From Promethearchaeota archaeon (lineage in GTDB: Archaea; Asgardarchaeota; Lokiarchaeia; Sigyniarchaeales; SOKP01): a stretch of 11,957 nt of DNA. Shown in pieces: positions 1-8,137 of this stretch; the stretch's first letter is position 1, and every line of letters starts with the position of its first letter. The notes beneath the pieces were generated by a model. It did no database searches. It saw only the letters and a list, made by a program, of their open reading frames with translations, and was not told where the DNA came from. The stretch covers positions 1 through 11,957 of the forward strand of contig JBHLOI010000082.1 of assembly GCA_048940645.1 (NCBI GenBank). Reading direction: 5' to 3'. Made by a program: the position numbers and the translations under genes.

Positions 1-1
1 A

Positions 2-220
2 TATATTAAAGAAGCACTGACTCTTTTAAAAGAAAATGGCACAACATATCATTATGAGGGTATAGTTGAAAGGGGAAATTATTTATCATTATTTCAAGAA
101 TTTGAAGATATAGCTAATACGAAAAAGATTAAATGTGAAATATTATCGAAGAGATATGTTAAAAGTTACGGTCCTAACCTATTTCATGCTGTAATTGATA
201 TTTTAGCTTCAAAAAACTAA
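2..220 (+). CDS. 3' end (partial) of a Trm5/Taw2 (TYW2)-family SAM-dependent tRNA-modifying enzyme
   Basis: Not in the ORF track. Frame from position 2 is open to TAA at 218-220: YIKEALTLLKENGTTYHYEGIVERGNYLSLFQEFEDIANTKKIKCEILSKRYVKSYGPNLFHAVIDILASKN*. 'A..LLK..G..YHY' and 'R.VKSY.P...H.V.D' match the C-terminus of Met-10+/Trm5/Taw2 proteins. Confidence 0.75.
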   Translation, partial: YIKEALTLLKENGTTYHYEGIVERGNYLSLFQEFEDIANTKKIKCEILSKRYVKSYGPNLFHAVIDILASKN

Positions 221-328
221 GTTTTTGTTTAAAATTTACCTTAAAATGTTTTTCATAAACTAAGATTTATATTAACCTAGTTGCATCACATATGTAATGA
301 ATTATGATATAATAAAAAAGGTCTTATT

Positions 329-1114
329 ATGTTTTTTATCACCGAATTAGAATTAGCTCAACTTTCAGGTTTTACAGCACTTTTGTCTGTTTGTATTGGT
401 TTTTTTTTCGGTTTTATTGTCCTCATAAAAAGTATTAAAGTAAAGGATTTATTAATTTTTAACTTCTTTCTGTGTATTATATTTACGTTATCTCCGTGGT
501 ATCCAAGTGGATTAGGATATGTTTATTGGCTAATAAACAATAGGCCATTAGATTATGACATTTATGTATTAGTTGGCATTGTAGCCATCCCCATTGCTAT
601 TTTAGCCTGGCTCAATGTTTATATGACAACAGTAAAACCAACGAAGAAAAAAATAATTCTATCATTGTATGCTATTTTTTCAATAGCCTTTGAAATTTAT
701 CTATTTTATTTTCTTTATTTTGCTCCAGGAGCCCCTGTAGAATCACTTTTAGGGATAAAAGACCCAACTAATCCAGTGGATATTGACTATAAAGGATTTG
801 TTTTAGTTTATTTAGGTGTGAGCATTTTAACTGCTTGTACAACTGGAATACATTTTGCAATCAAATCAATTAAGGAAAAAGAAACGCCTTCTCTTTTGTG
901 GAAAGGAAGGTTCTTATTAGCCGCGTTTATTTTATTTGGAATATCAGCCATTTTTGATGCAATCGTACAGATGGACCAACTCCTATTGATTATTATGAGG
1001 ATAATCCTAGTAGCCTCAAACTTGTTTTTTTATATTGGATTTATTCTACCAAAGTGGGTGCAAAAAATACTTCCAATAAGAGAAATTGAATCAGAAAGGA
1101 ACCATGATATATAA
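329..1114 (+). CDS. Uncharacterised 7-transmembrane membrane protein
   Basis: 261 aa with seven hydrophobic segments (about aa 9-33, 41-69, 78-102, 109-131, 156-178, 194-214, 218-241), basic loops after TM1, TM3 and TM5, and no soluble output domain. Confidence 0.8.
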   Translation: MFFITELELAQLSGFTALLSVCIGFFFGFIVLIKSIKVKDLLIFNFFLCIIFTLSPWYPSGLGYVYWLINNRPLDYDIYVLVGIVAIPIAILAWLNVYMTTVKPTKKKIILSLYAIFSIAFEIYLFYFLYFAPGAPVESLLGIKDPTNPVDIDYKGFVLVYLGVSILTACTTGIHFAIKSIKEKETPSLLWKGRFLLAAFILFGISAIFDAIVQMDQLLLIIMRIILVASNLFFYIGFILPKWVQKILPIREIESERNHDI

Positions 1115-1122
1115 TTTCTATT

Positions 1123-2562
1123 TTATTTTTTTTTCATTTCCATTGCTCGCTCTTTCATAATTTCATTGACATTATTGAAGTCTTTTTGAGCAGTAAAGAA
1201 TAATGGAATCCAGAATCCGATGGAGATAATACCAAAAACTAACATTGTCCAAATTATTGTAGATGTAAATCCGATCATTAAAACTAAAAATCCACCCATA
1301 AATGCTCCAATAGCACGCCCTATTGTGTCAATAAAAGATGCTACGGCAATCATCGTCCCACGGTGTTCGGGATAGTTAACATCTATCATTGCCGAATACC
1401 AATTAGGGCCAATTCCAAATGAGAATGCCAAACCTAAACCTAATAATGCAGCATAAATAATCCATAAAACCCAAAAGCCCACCTCATTTAGTACTAATGA
1501 ATTAAAGAAGAATGTTTGATTAGGTATGTTTGGAGACATTGTAAAACCTATTAAAAGGAATGGTAGATTTAGAATAGAGCAAATAACCGCTATTCTCACT
1601 CTTCCGGAAAGATCTCCTTTTTGAACTTTTGTATCTCCCAAATGAGCTAACCAAAATTGCCCTAAAATCAAACCAAAAACAATCAGTATTAAAAAAAGAA
1701 TAATAACTTTCAAATCAATGATGTTTACCTGAATATCAAATTGGAAGTATTGAAAAAGATTAGCAACTAATAAACCAGAAGCAATTACATCAAAGAAGTT
1801 AAAGATTAAGAAGAAGTTAGATTTTCTTTTAAATATATATCTTAAATCAGAAATTTTTATTTTATAGGAATATTGATAGTTTTCCTTTGATAATAACTCT
1901 TCAAAGTATATTTCTTTTCCTGCTCGTTTTGGCTCTACAACAATAAAAAAATTAAGGATTACAATGATTAATGCTAAAATAGCTAAGTAAAAATAGGGTA
2001 AACGCCAAGTAGAGATAAGATTTGGGTAATTTATAGTTATAAAATTAATTTTCTCAGTTAAAGATAATGTTGGATCGATTGCTTCAAAATCTATAAGATT
2101 GAATGCCAGAGCAAAAAAACTTGCAAATAAAGTAGCAAACGTTTCAACTAACCCCCAAACTGCGAAGGATTTTGAACGAGATTTTGGAGAAATCATATCT
2201 GCTAAATAAGAAATGGTTAATGGTGCAGTTACTCCTGTAGCAATAGCAGCCATTATTCTAAAAATTAGTAATTGCCAATATTCTATGATAAATATGTAAA
2301 ATACAGCAGGAATCGTCCATACTAACCCTGAGATAATTAAAATTCTCTTTCTATTAATTCTATCTGATAAATAACCAAAAACTAAAATCGAAACACCACG
2401 AATTACCGTATAAGTTCCAATTAAAATGCCAATAGCATCAAAATTAACTCCTAAATCTGCTGCAATTAAGACTTCATTAGGAAGAATTAATGCATTATCC
2501 ATAATCATAATGAGAATTAAAAAAATAAAAAATGTTGCAGATAAGATTTCTCTTTTTCTCAT
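1123..2562 (-). CDS. Major facilitator superfamily transporter
   Basis: 479 aa, about 12 TM segments; MFS motif A 'GYLSDRINRKR' after TM2; 'LLIFRIMAA' in TM4; 'ADMISPKSRS' and 'DVNYPEHRG' loop motifs; 'WRLPYF' before TM6. Substrate cannot be determined. Confidence 0.92.
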   Translation of the reverse strand: MRKREILSATFFIFLILIMIMDNALILPNEVLIAADLGVNFDAIGILIGTYTVIRGVSILVFGYLSDRINRKRILIISGLVWTIPAVFYIFIIEYWQLLIFRIMAAIATGVTAPLTISYLADMISPKSRSKSFAVWGLVETFATLFASFFALAFNLIDFEAIDPTLSLTEKINFITINYPNLISTWRLPYFYLAILALIIVILNFFIVVEPKRAGKEIYFEELLSKENYQYSYKIKISDLRYIFKRKSNFFLIFNFFDVIASGLLVANLFQYFQFDIQVNIIDLKVIILFLILIVFGLILGQFWLAHLGDTKVQKGDLSGRVRIAVICSILNLPFLLIGFTMSPNIPNQTFFFNSLVLNEVGFWVLWIIYAALLGLGLAFSFGIGPNWYSAMIDVNYPEHRGTMIAVASFIDTIGRAIGAFMGGFLVLMIGFTSTIIWTMLVFGIISIGFWIPLFFTAQKDFNNVNEIMKERAMEMKKK

Positions 2563-2718
2563 ATAAATCTACTAAAGTTTCTTTCAAATAAACTAATTTC
2601 AACTTAAACATTTAATAATATTATCTTATTAAATATGAGTTGCAAACAAAATTTATTTAATAATTCTGTTCCTATAAAACGGTTATATCATAAGGTTTTT
2701 TAAGATATTAATTAAAAT

Positions 2719-2730
2719 TTTTATATAAAA
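2719..2730. promoter_or_regulatory. Candidate archaeal TATA box in the divergent MFS / GIFT-protein intergenic region
   Basis: Palindromic TTTTATATAAAA about 60 nt upstream of the ATG at 2793; the AT-rich background weakens the call. Confidence 0.35.
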
Positions 2731-2792
2731 GAAATTAAAAATGGGAATTATTATTATTAAAAAGAATAAAAAAAAAGAAATGATCACTACCC

Positions 2793-4064
2793 ATGAGTAA
2801 TGATATAGCAATTGGGCTTGATTATAGTCATAATAATATGCTGATGTTAGAAGCATCCAGCTATGCTGATTTTACTCAATTCTTATTTAATTCAGGTTAT
2901 AAATTAGGAAAAATTGAAGCAGGATTCTATTCTTCGGAAAAATTAGGGAACTATGACGCTATTATTATGTCCACTCCAAAAAATGTAAACCTCAACCCAG
3001 AGGAAATAGATATTCTTGAAAAATATGTGAAAAATGGTGGAAGTTTATTAATCATTGGAGCACGAGGTGGAGATTATTTAAATCGTTCAAATTTAAATGA
3101 ATTAACTAGTAAATTTGGTTTTAAATTTGCTCCTGATGAAATCTATGATTCTGTAACCTATGTTAATTTACAGAAAAGACCATTATTACAAAAACTTAAA
3201 CCACATTTCATTACGGAACAAGTAAGGAAAATTGTTTTATCAAATCCATGTTCTATAGAAGTTTTAGATTTTTTAGAAGATAAAAAAGATATTAAAATTG
3301 AACCACTTGTCAAAGGCGGGATAAATTGTTGGAGAAAAAAATTTAATGGGGATGAATGGGTTGAAGAGGACTGTCCAAAAATTAACTTAATGGTAGCTGT
3401 GGAATATTTTAAGGGAAAAGTTGTTGCTTTTGGGACTTTATCAATATTTTCATCATTAGGCAGAGAATACGGCTTTAGTGCTTTTGATAATGATATTTTT
3501 CTAGCAAACATCTTAAGATGGTTAACTACAAATATTGAGATGGAAGGTAAAGCGATTACAATTGATTTACAATTAGATATGTTTCATTGGGCAGATTCAA
3601 TTATAAAAAAAGAAGACTGGGATAATTTTTCCGATCTTATTAATGTTAGTCTTAAATACTTCAAAGATAACTACAGTAGCATTATGAAAGAAATAAAAAA
3701 AATTAGGGGAGAAAGATTAGAGAAGAAAAAAGAACACTTAGAAGCAATTAAGAAAGCATTAGAAATACAAGAAAAGCCTGAGGAGGAAGAATTATTAGAA
3801 ATTATACCAGAAAGAAAAAAAGAGGATTTAGAAGGTATTATTGGAGCAATTGAAGAATTAACTGGTGAGAAATATGAGCGATCAATCGATTTTGAGGAGG
3901 AAGAGAAAAAAGAAAAAGCTTTAGCTGAATTACCAGAAGATTTAAATGATTGGACGGTTAAATTATTAAAAAAATTTTGTACAGAATATGAGATAGAATT
4001 ACCACCTAATGCAAGAAAGGCTGATATCATTTCAATAATCAAGTATATTTTTGCAATTGATTGA
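2793..4064 (+). CDS. GIFT (GldG/IFT52)-domain protein with RHH-like segment, charged helical linker and C-terminal SAP/HeH-like motif
   Basis: aa 1-246: 'IGLDYSH', 'LGNYDAIIMSTP', 'EEIDILEKYVKNGGSLLIIGARGG', 'NLNELTSKFGF', 'HFIT', 'GKVVAFGTLSIFS', 'DNDIFLANILRWL' are typical GIFT/DUF4350 motifs. No signal peptide or TM. aa 383-420 'LNDWTVKLLKKFCTEYEI..NARKADIISII' fits SAP/HeH/Rho-N. Confidence 0.8.
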   Translation: MSNDIAIGLDYSHNNMLMLEASSYADFTQFLFNSGYKLGKIEAGFYSSEKLGNYDAIIMSTPKNVNLNPEEIDILEKYVKNGGSLLIIGARGGDYLNRSNLNELTSKFGFKFAPDEIYDSVTYVNLQKRPLLQKLKPHFITEQVRKIVLSNPCSIEVLDFLEDKKDIKIEPLVKGGINCWRKKFNGDEWVEEDCPKINLMVAVEYFKGKVVAFGTLSIFSSLGREYGFSAFDNDIFLANILRWLTTNIEMEGKAITIDLQLDMFHWADSIIKKEDWDNFSDLINVSLKYFKDNYSSIMKEIKKIRGERLEKKKEHLEAIKKALEIQEKPEEEELLEIIPERKKEDLEGIIGAIEELTGEKYERSIDFEEEEKKEKALAELPEDLNDWTVKLLKKFCTEYEIELPPNARKADIISIIKYIFAID

Positions 4065-4138
4065 GTATTGAGTAATAACAATAAAATAGAAAAAATATGC
4101 TTCTTTCTTAAGCTAAAGCAACTTGTTTTTCATAAATT

Positions 4139-5542
4139 ATGGAAAAGTTTTTAATGGTCTTAGGATCAAACTGGCAACTTTCACTAGCAGAATTAGATAA
4201 TGTGCTTAAGAATTCAAATTATAAGGGAAAAATTTTAGATTATTCTGCCAATGTCGCCATTGTAGAATTTGATAGATTAGAGAAACATAAACATTATATA
4301 AATGAACTGATGGAATTTCAATTCATTTTGGGAGGAACTCAAAAAATCGCAAAAATATATGATTTCATCCATATTCATAATATTATAGAGGCCTTTCCGC
4401 GAAAGATTGAAAAATTTCAAGAAGTCCAAAAACTACGAAAAAAAATATTAGAGGTTATAGCTTCAAATCTTGATGAAATCTTTCCAAAAATAAAAAATGA
4501 AAGAATTTTCTATGCTGTATCTATCTATCCAAACTTTTTTGACGATGAATACTACCCGAAAGTTTTAGTTAAACATTTTTTACCCTTTCTTAACACAGAA
4601 ATAATGAGGATCTTAAAAAAAAAAGGTGCTGAAAGGGCTCTCTATTATCAATATCCTGAGAAAAATATCGAAGAAGGAACATTAAACCCCATCTTTCCTC
4701 ATCATGTTATAAAATATGGTTTATTAAATAAGGATCGGGCGGAATTAATATTTGGTTTTACTGAAGAGGGGGTTTATATTGCAAGAACATATACTTGTGA
4801 TGATCCTAATTTTAAAAGAAAAATAGATGAAGAAAGGCCATTTAAAGAATTCAAAAGTAGTATTTCACCAAAATTATCATTAATTATGTTAAATTTATTA
4901 AATCTATTTGATAACAGATATAAGAAGAATATACTTGACCCCTTTGTTGGAAATGGTACAATCTTATTATTTGCTCTACTTCAAGACTTCCAAATTTATG
5001 GTTCAGATATAGATAAGGTAAAAGTAAAAAATACAGTTAGAAACATTAATTGGTTACTGAATGAATTAGAAGAACCTATCCCATTATTATTCACAGAAAG
5101 AATCAAATCTACAGATGTGAAAAATTTATCAAATGCTTTCAAAGAAAAATTTTTTGATGGGATTTGTACCGAACCAGAATTAGGGCCTTTTTACAGTGAA
5201 AGACCCTATTATTCTGAGGTTAAGGAGCTAATTGAAAGCAAACTAGAGCCAATTTATCAATTCGCCTTTAGAGAAGCCTATAAAGTACTCAATGAAAATG
5301 GGCGAATGTGTATTATATCTCCTATTATTGAAACTTTAGATGGCGGAGATATTCAATTAAATATTGAAAAAATAGCAAATAATTTTAATTTTAAACTTGT
5401 TCCTTTATTAGATATTAACCGAATTATCAATAAATCCAATCAAAGGCTACAGTTTCGGAAAAAACAAGTAAGAACAATGATTGAAGCGAAAAAAGATCAA
5501 ATAATTAAAAGAAAAATCTACTTATTTGAAAAAAATTTATAA
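4139..5542 (+). CDS. Trm11/TrmG10-like SAM-dependent RNA (probably tRNA m2G10) methyltransferase
   Basis: N-terminal 'LG...LSLAEL', 'ERPF', 'SISPKLSLIMLNL', motif I 'ILDPFVGNGTILL', 'GSDID', motif IV-like 'DGICTEPELG'. Confidence 0.75.
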   Translation: MEKFLMVLGSNWQLSLAELDNVLKNSNYKGKILDYSANVAIVEFDRLEKHKHYINELMEFQFILGGTQKIAKIYDFIHIHNIIEAFPRKIEKFQEVQKLRKKILEVIASNLDEIFPKIKNERIFYAVSIYPNFFDDEYYPKVLVKHFLPFLNTEIMRILKKKGAERALYYQYPEKNIEEGTLNPIFPHHVIKYGLLNKDRAELIFGFTEEGVYIARTYTCDDPNFKRKIDEERPFKEFKSSISPKLSLIMLNLLNLFDNRYKKNILDPFVGNGTILLFALLQDFQIYGSDIDKVKVKNTVRNINWLLNELEEPIPLLFTERIKSTDVKNLSNAFKEKFFDGICTEPELGPFYSERPYYSEVKELIESKLEPIYQFAFREAYKVLNENGRMCIISPIIETLDGGDIQLNIEKIANNFNFKLVPLLDINRIINKSNQRLQFRKKQVRTMIEAKKDQIIKRKIYLFEKNL

Positions 5543-5554
5543 TAGAGAATTTTT

Positions 5555-6220
5555 ATGGAGATAAAAAAAGTTTTTGATAAAATTGAGAAAATTCTTAAAG
5601 GAGAAGCCCATTTAGATGAATTAGCAAGTAAAAAACAAGATCCCTTTAAAATTTTAATATCCACAATTTTATCAGCACGAACTAGAGACACAAATACAAG
5701 AGAAGCTACTGAAATGCTATTCTCAAAATATAATACCCCACAAGAAATAGCTAATGCAAAAGTGGAGGAAATTGAACACCTTATTTACAAATCAGGGTTT
5801 TACAAAATCAAAGCAGCACGTATAAAAGAAGTAGCTAAACTATTATTGGAGAAGTATGAGAGTAAGGTTCCAAATACATTTAAAGATTTATTAAGCCTTC
5901 CTGGTGTTGGTGCCAAAACAGCAAATTGTGTTTTAGTGTATGCATTTAAAGTTCCCGCTATTCCCGTAGATACTCATGTGCATAGGATAAGTAATAGAAT
6001 AGGTTGGGTTAAAACTAAAAATCCAAATAATACAGAGAAAGAATTAAGAGCACTAATTCCTAAAGATCAATGGATTCGCGTTAATCGTTTGTTTGTGAGA
6101 TTTGGACAAGAAATATGTTTACCTAATGGTCCAAAATGCGATATTTGCCCATTATTTAACTTCTGTCCTAGAGATTTCTCAATGGAGCAAGCAATTAAGG
6201 AGAAAAAAAATAAAACTTAA
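5555..6220 (+). CDS. nth: Endonuclease III (HhH-GPD DNA glycosylase/AP lyase)
   Basis: 'PFKILISTILSARTRD', HhH 'LLSLPGVGAKTA' with catalytic Lys, 'VDTHVHR' with catalytic Asp, and [4Fe-4S] motif C-x6-C-x2-C-x5-C (CLPNGPKCDICPLFNFC). Confidence 0.96.
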   Translation: MEIKKVFDKIEKILKGEAHLDELASKKQDPFKILISTILSARTRDTNTREATEMLFSKYNTPQEIANAKVEEIEHLIYKSGFYKIKAARIKEVAKLLLEKYESKVPNTFKDLLSLPGVGAKTANCVLVYAFKVPAIPVDTHVHRISNRIGWVKTKNPNNTEKELRALIPKDQWIRVNRLFVRFGQEICLPNGPKCDICPLFNFCPRDFSMEQAIKEKKNKT

Positions 6221-6225
6221 ATCGA

Positions 6226-6810
6226 TCAGAATTGATGTTCTTTTACTTGTTTCTTTTTTCTTAATAAGTATCCAATTAAAAGTCCTCCTAAAAATCCAAA
6301 AATATGAGCAAAGTAATTAATCCCTGGAGAAAATGATGATATTATAAAAAATAATACATATACCATAGCTAAAATTAATAAGCTCTTATCTCTATGCATG
6401 AAAATAATAATTACGGCTGCTCCTATCAGTCCAAAAACACAACCTGAAGCTCCTAAACTTATTGTGTCTAATGGTAACAATATTAATGAAAAAATATTTC
6501 CAGTTAGTCCAGAAATAAAATATAATAGTAAATATGATATTTTTGTAAAATATGCTTCTAAAAATGCTCCAAATAATAATAAACCGAACATATTAGAAAA
6601 AATATGTAATATATCTCCATGTAGAAACATAGCTGTAATAAGGCGCCATAATTCATAATGATTAATTACTTTATCATTAATTTGTGCTAATAAGAGAAAA
6701 TATTCTGTTTCTCTTGCAAAACTAAAGGAAATAAAAATGACTATATTAATCGAAATTAAAAACAATGTAATCCTGGCTTCTTTAAAATTTTCTGCAGTTA
6801 ATACAAACAT
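6226..6810 (-). CDS. Rhomboid-family intramembrane serine protease
   Basis: 'WRLITAMFLH', 'HIFSNM', catalytic 'GASG' and 'AHIFGFLGG' motifs; six-TM core. Confidence 0.95.
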   Translation of the reverse strand: MFVLTAENFKEARITLFLISINIVIFISFSFARETEYFLLLAQINDKVINHYELWRLITAMFLHGDILHIFSNMFGLLLFGAFLEAYFTKISYLLLYFISGLTGNIFSLILLPLDTISLGASGCVFGLIGAAVIIIFMHRDKSLLILAMVYVLFFIISSFSPGINYFAHIFGFLGGLLIGYLLRKKKQVKEHQF

Positions 6811-6898
6811 ATCAACGAATTTTGTGTTATGTTGATAAATGGTAGTTTATAATATTTTAATATAAAAAGATATAATAATAATAAGATTTATCATTATT

Positions 6899-8107
6899 TT
6901 GTTGATTATCGTGGAGAGAAAAAAAGTCTTTTATTCAAAAATTCAGCTCTTATTATCATTATTGTATAATGGTTATCTTAAAGATATTCGCCTTTTTAAG
7001 GCCTTCTTAGATGTACAATTGGAAAAGTTTGTCCCAAAGGAGATTCTACCATCAGTAAAAATCTACGATGACGCACCAGTTCTTTTTTACTATGAAAGAG
7101 AACGCCCTGAAAATTTAAGAACAATATCAGCACCTCATATGATTACTATTATGCTTCAAAATTTAATCTTAAAGGAAAATGATGATTTATTGATTTTAGG
7201 AGCAAAAAGTGGCTACATAGCAGCTTTAGCACATAAATTAGCCCCCCAAGGAAAAATTGTTATCCTTGAAGCAAATTCAAGAATTGCAAAGATTACTCAA
7301 AAAAATTTAGAACATCTTGGATTGGATGAAAAAATAAAGGTTATCGTAAAAAACCCTTTAGTTGGTATGCCAGAGATGCAGCCCTGGAAAAAAATATTAG
7401 TGACAGGTGCTATTAAGCAAGAAAAAATTTATCCCCTATTAAATCAACTTGATCATGAATATGGTGTTTTATTTGCACCGATTGGAGAAGAATTTATACA
7501 GACCTATACTCAAATCTTAAGATTAAATAATGATTTTTATGGGAAAAAACATCTTTCAGTAAGATTCACCCCTTTAATTACCCAAATTCAGTTAGATGAA
7601 TTAAAATTAGTTACAGATATTGATGATTTCGATAAAAAAAAAACTATTAATAATTTGAAAAAAAGTGAAAATCGAATTTCAGTTCAATATGCTAAGGATA
7701 TTGTTGAAAAACTTAATCTAGAACCGAAATCAAGGAGCCAATCACTTGAGATAAAACCCAGAAATATTTTCATAGCTTTTTTAGAAAATATGTATAATAC
7801 GATAGAAATTTTAAAGAATGATCAAGAATTGGAGCAATGGACGAATTTTATTGAAAACTCTGAGACATTAATGGATATTTTTAAGAAGTATAAAAGAGGA
7901 ATCAAAATAAACCTTAAGAAAATTGAGATTTCATTAATTCAAATTAAATCTTATAATTTGGCTATGAAACAAATTGAGTATGATAAAAATATTAAATCAA
8001 ATGAGTTACTAGAGAAAAAACTTGAAATTTCACAGAAATTTATCGAAGAACTAGTAAAATTACAAAAATTAATTAAAGATGAAATAAATAAAATTAAAGA
8101 AATTTAA
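6899..8107 (+). CDS. Protein-L-isoaspartate O-methyltransferase (PIMT/Pcm)-like protein with degenerate SAM motifs and a ~175-aa C-terminal helical extension
   Basis: 'AFLDV..EKFVP', 'TISAPHM', 'LILGAKSGYIAAL', 'ILVTGA', 'QL...GVLFAPIG', 'VRFTPL' follow the PIMT layout. The start may be TTG 6899 or GTG 6911. Confidence 0.85.
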   Translation: MLIIVERKKVFYSKIQLLLSLLYNGYLKDIRLFKAFLDVQLEKFVPKEILPSVKIYDDAPVLFYYERERPENLRTISAPHMITIMLQNLILKENDDLLILGAKSGYIAALAHKLAPQGKIVILEANSRIAKITQKNLEHLGLDEKIKVIVKNPLVGMPEMQPWKKILVTGAIKQEKIYPLLNQLDHEYGVLFAPIGEEFIQTYTQILRLNNDFYGKKHLSVRFTPLITQIQLDELKLVTDIDDFDKKKTINNLKKSENRISVQYAKDIVEKLNLEPKSRSQSLEIKPRNIFIAFLENMYNTIEILKNDQELEQWTNFIENSETLMDIFKKYKRGIKINLKKIEISLIQIKSYNLAMKQIEYDKNIKSNELLEKKLEISQKFIEELVKLQKLIKDEINKIKEI

Positions 8108-8137
8108 TTTAATTAAATAAACCTTTTTTTAAAGATT

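Noticed and set aside
329-1114. Rhodopsin or heliorhodopsin call for the 7-TM protein
   Set aside because: No Schiff-base Lys in TM7 and no rhodopsin helix-C motif.
2741-2800. Short upstream ORF (MGIIIIKKNKKKEMITTHE*) with an A9 run overlapping the GIFT start; considered a slippage or leader element
   Set aside because: Shifting into the GIFT frame at the A-run meets a TGA before 2793, so no extension is possible. Such ORFs are common in AT-rich DNA.
3158-4081. Minus-strand ORFs 3158..3511 and 3671..4081
   Set aside because: Antisense to the GIFT gene; their Ser/Phe-rich composition mirrors its Glu/Lys codons.
279-4125. Hexamer AGTTGC in three intergenic regions (near 279, near 2638, and on the minus strand near 4118-4123)
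   Set aside because: Too short, and position and orientation relative to start codons are inconsistent.
6102-6658. Plus-strand ORFs 6102..6320 and 6398..6658
   Set aside because: They overlap nth out of frame or lie antisense to the rhomboid gene, and have no recognisable motifs.
6810-6837. 7-bp inverted repeat TATCAAC...GTTGATA at the rhomboid start
   Set aside because: Short arms with a 14-nt spacer; not distinguishable from chance without comparative data.
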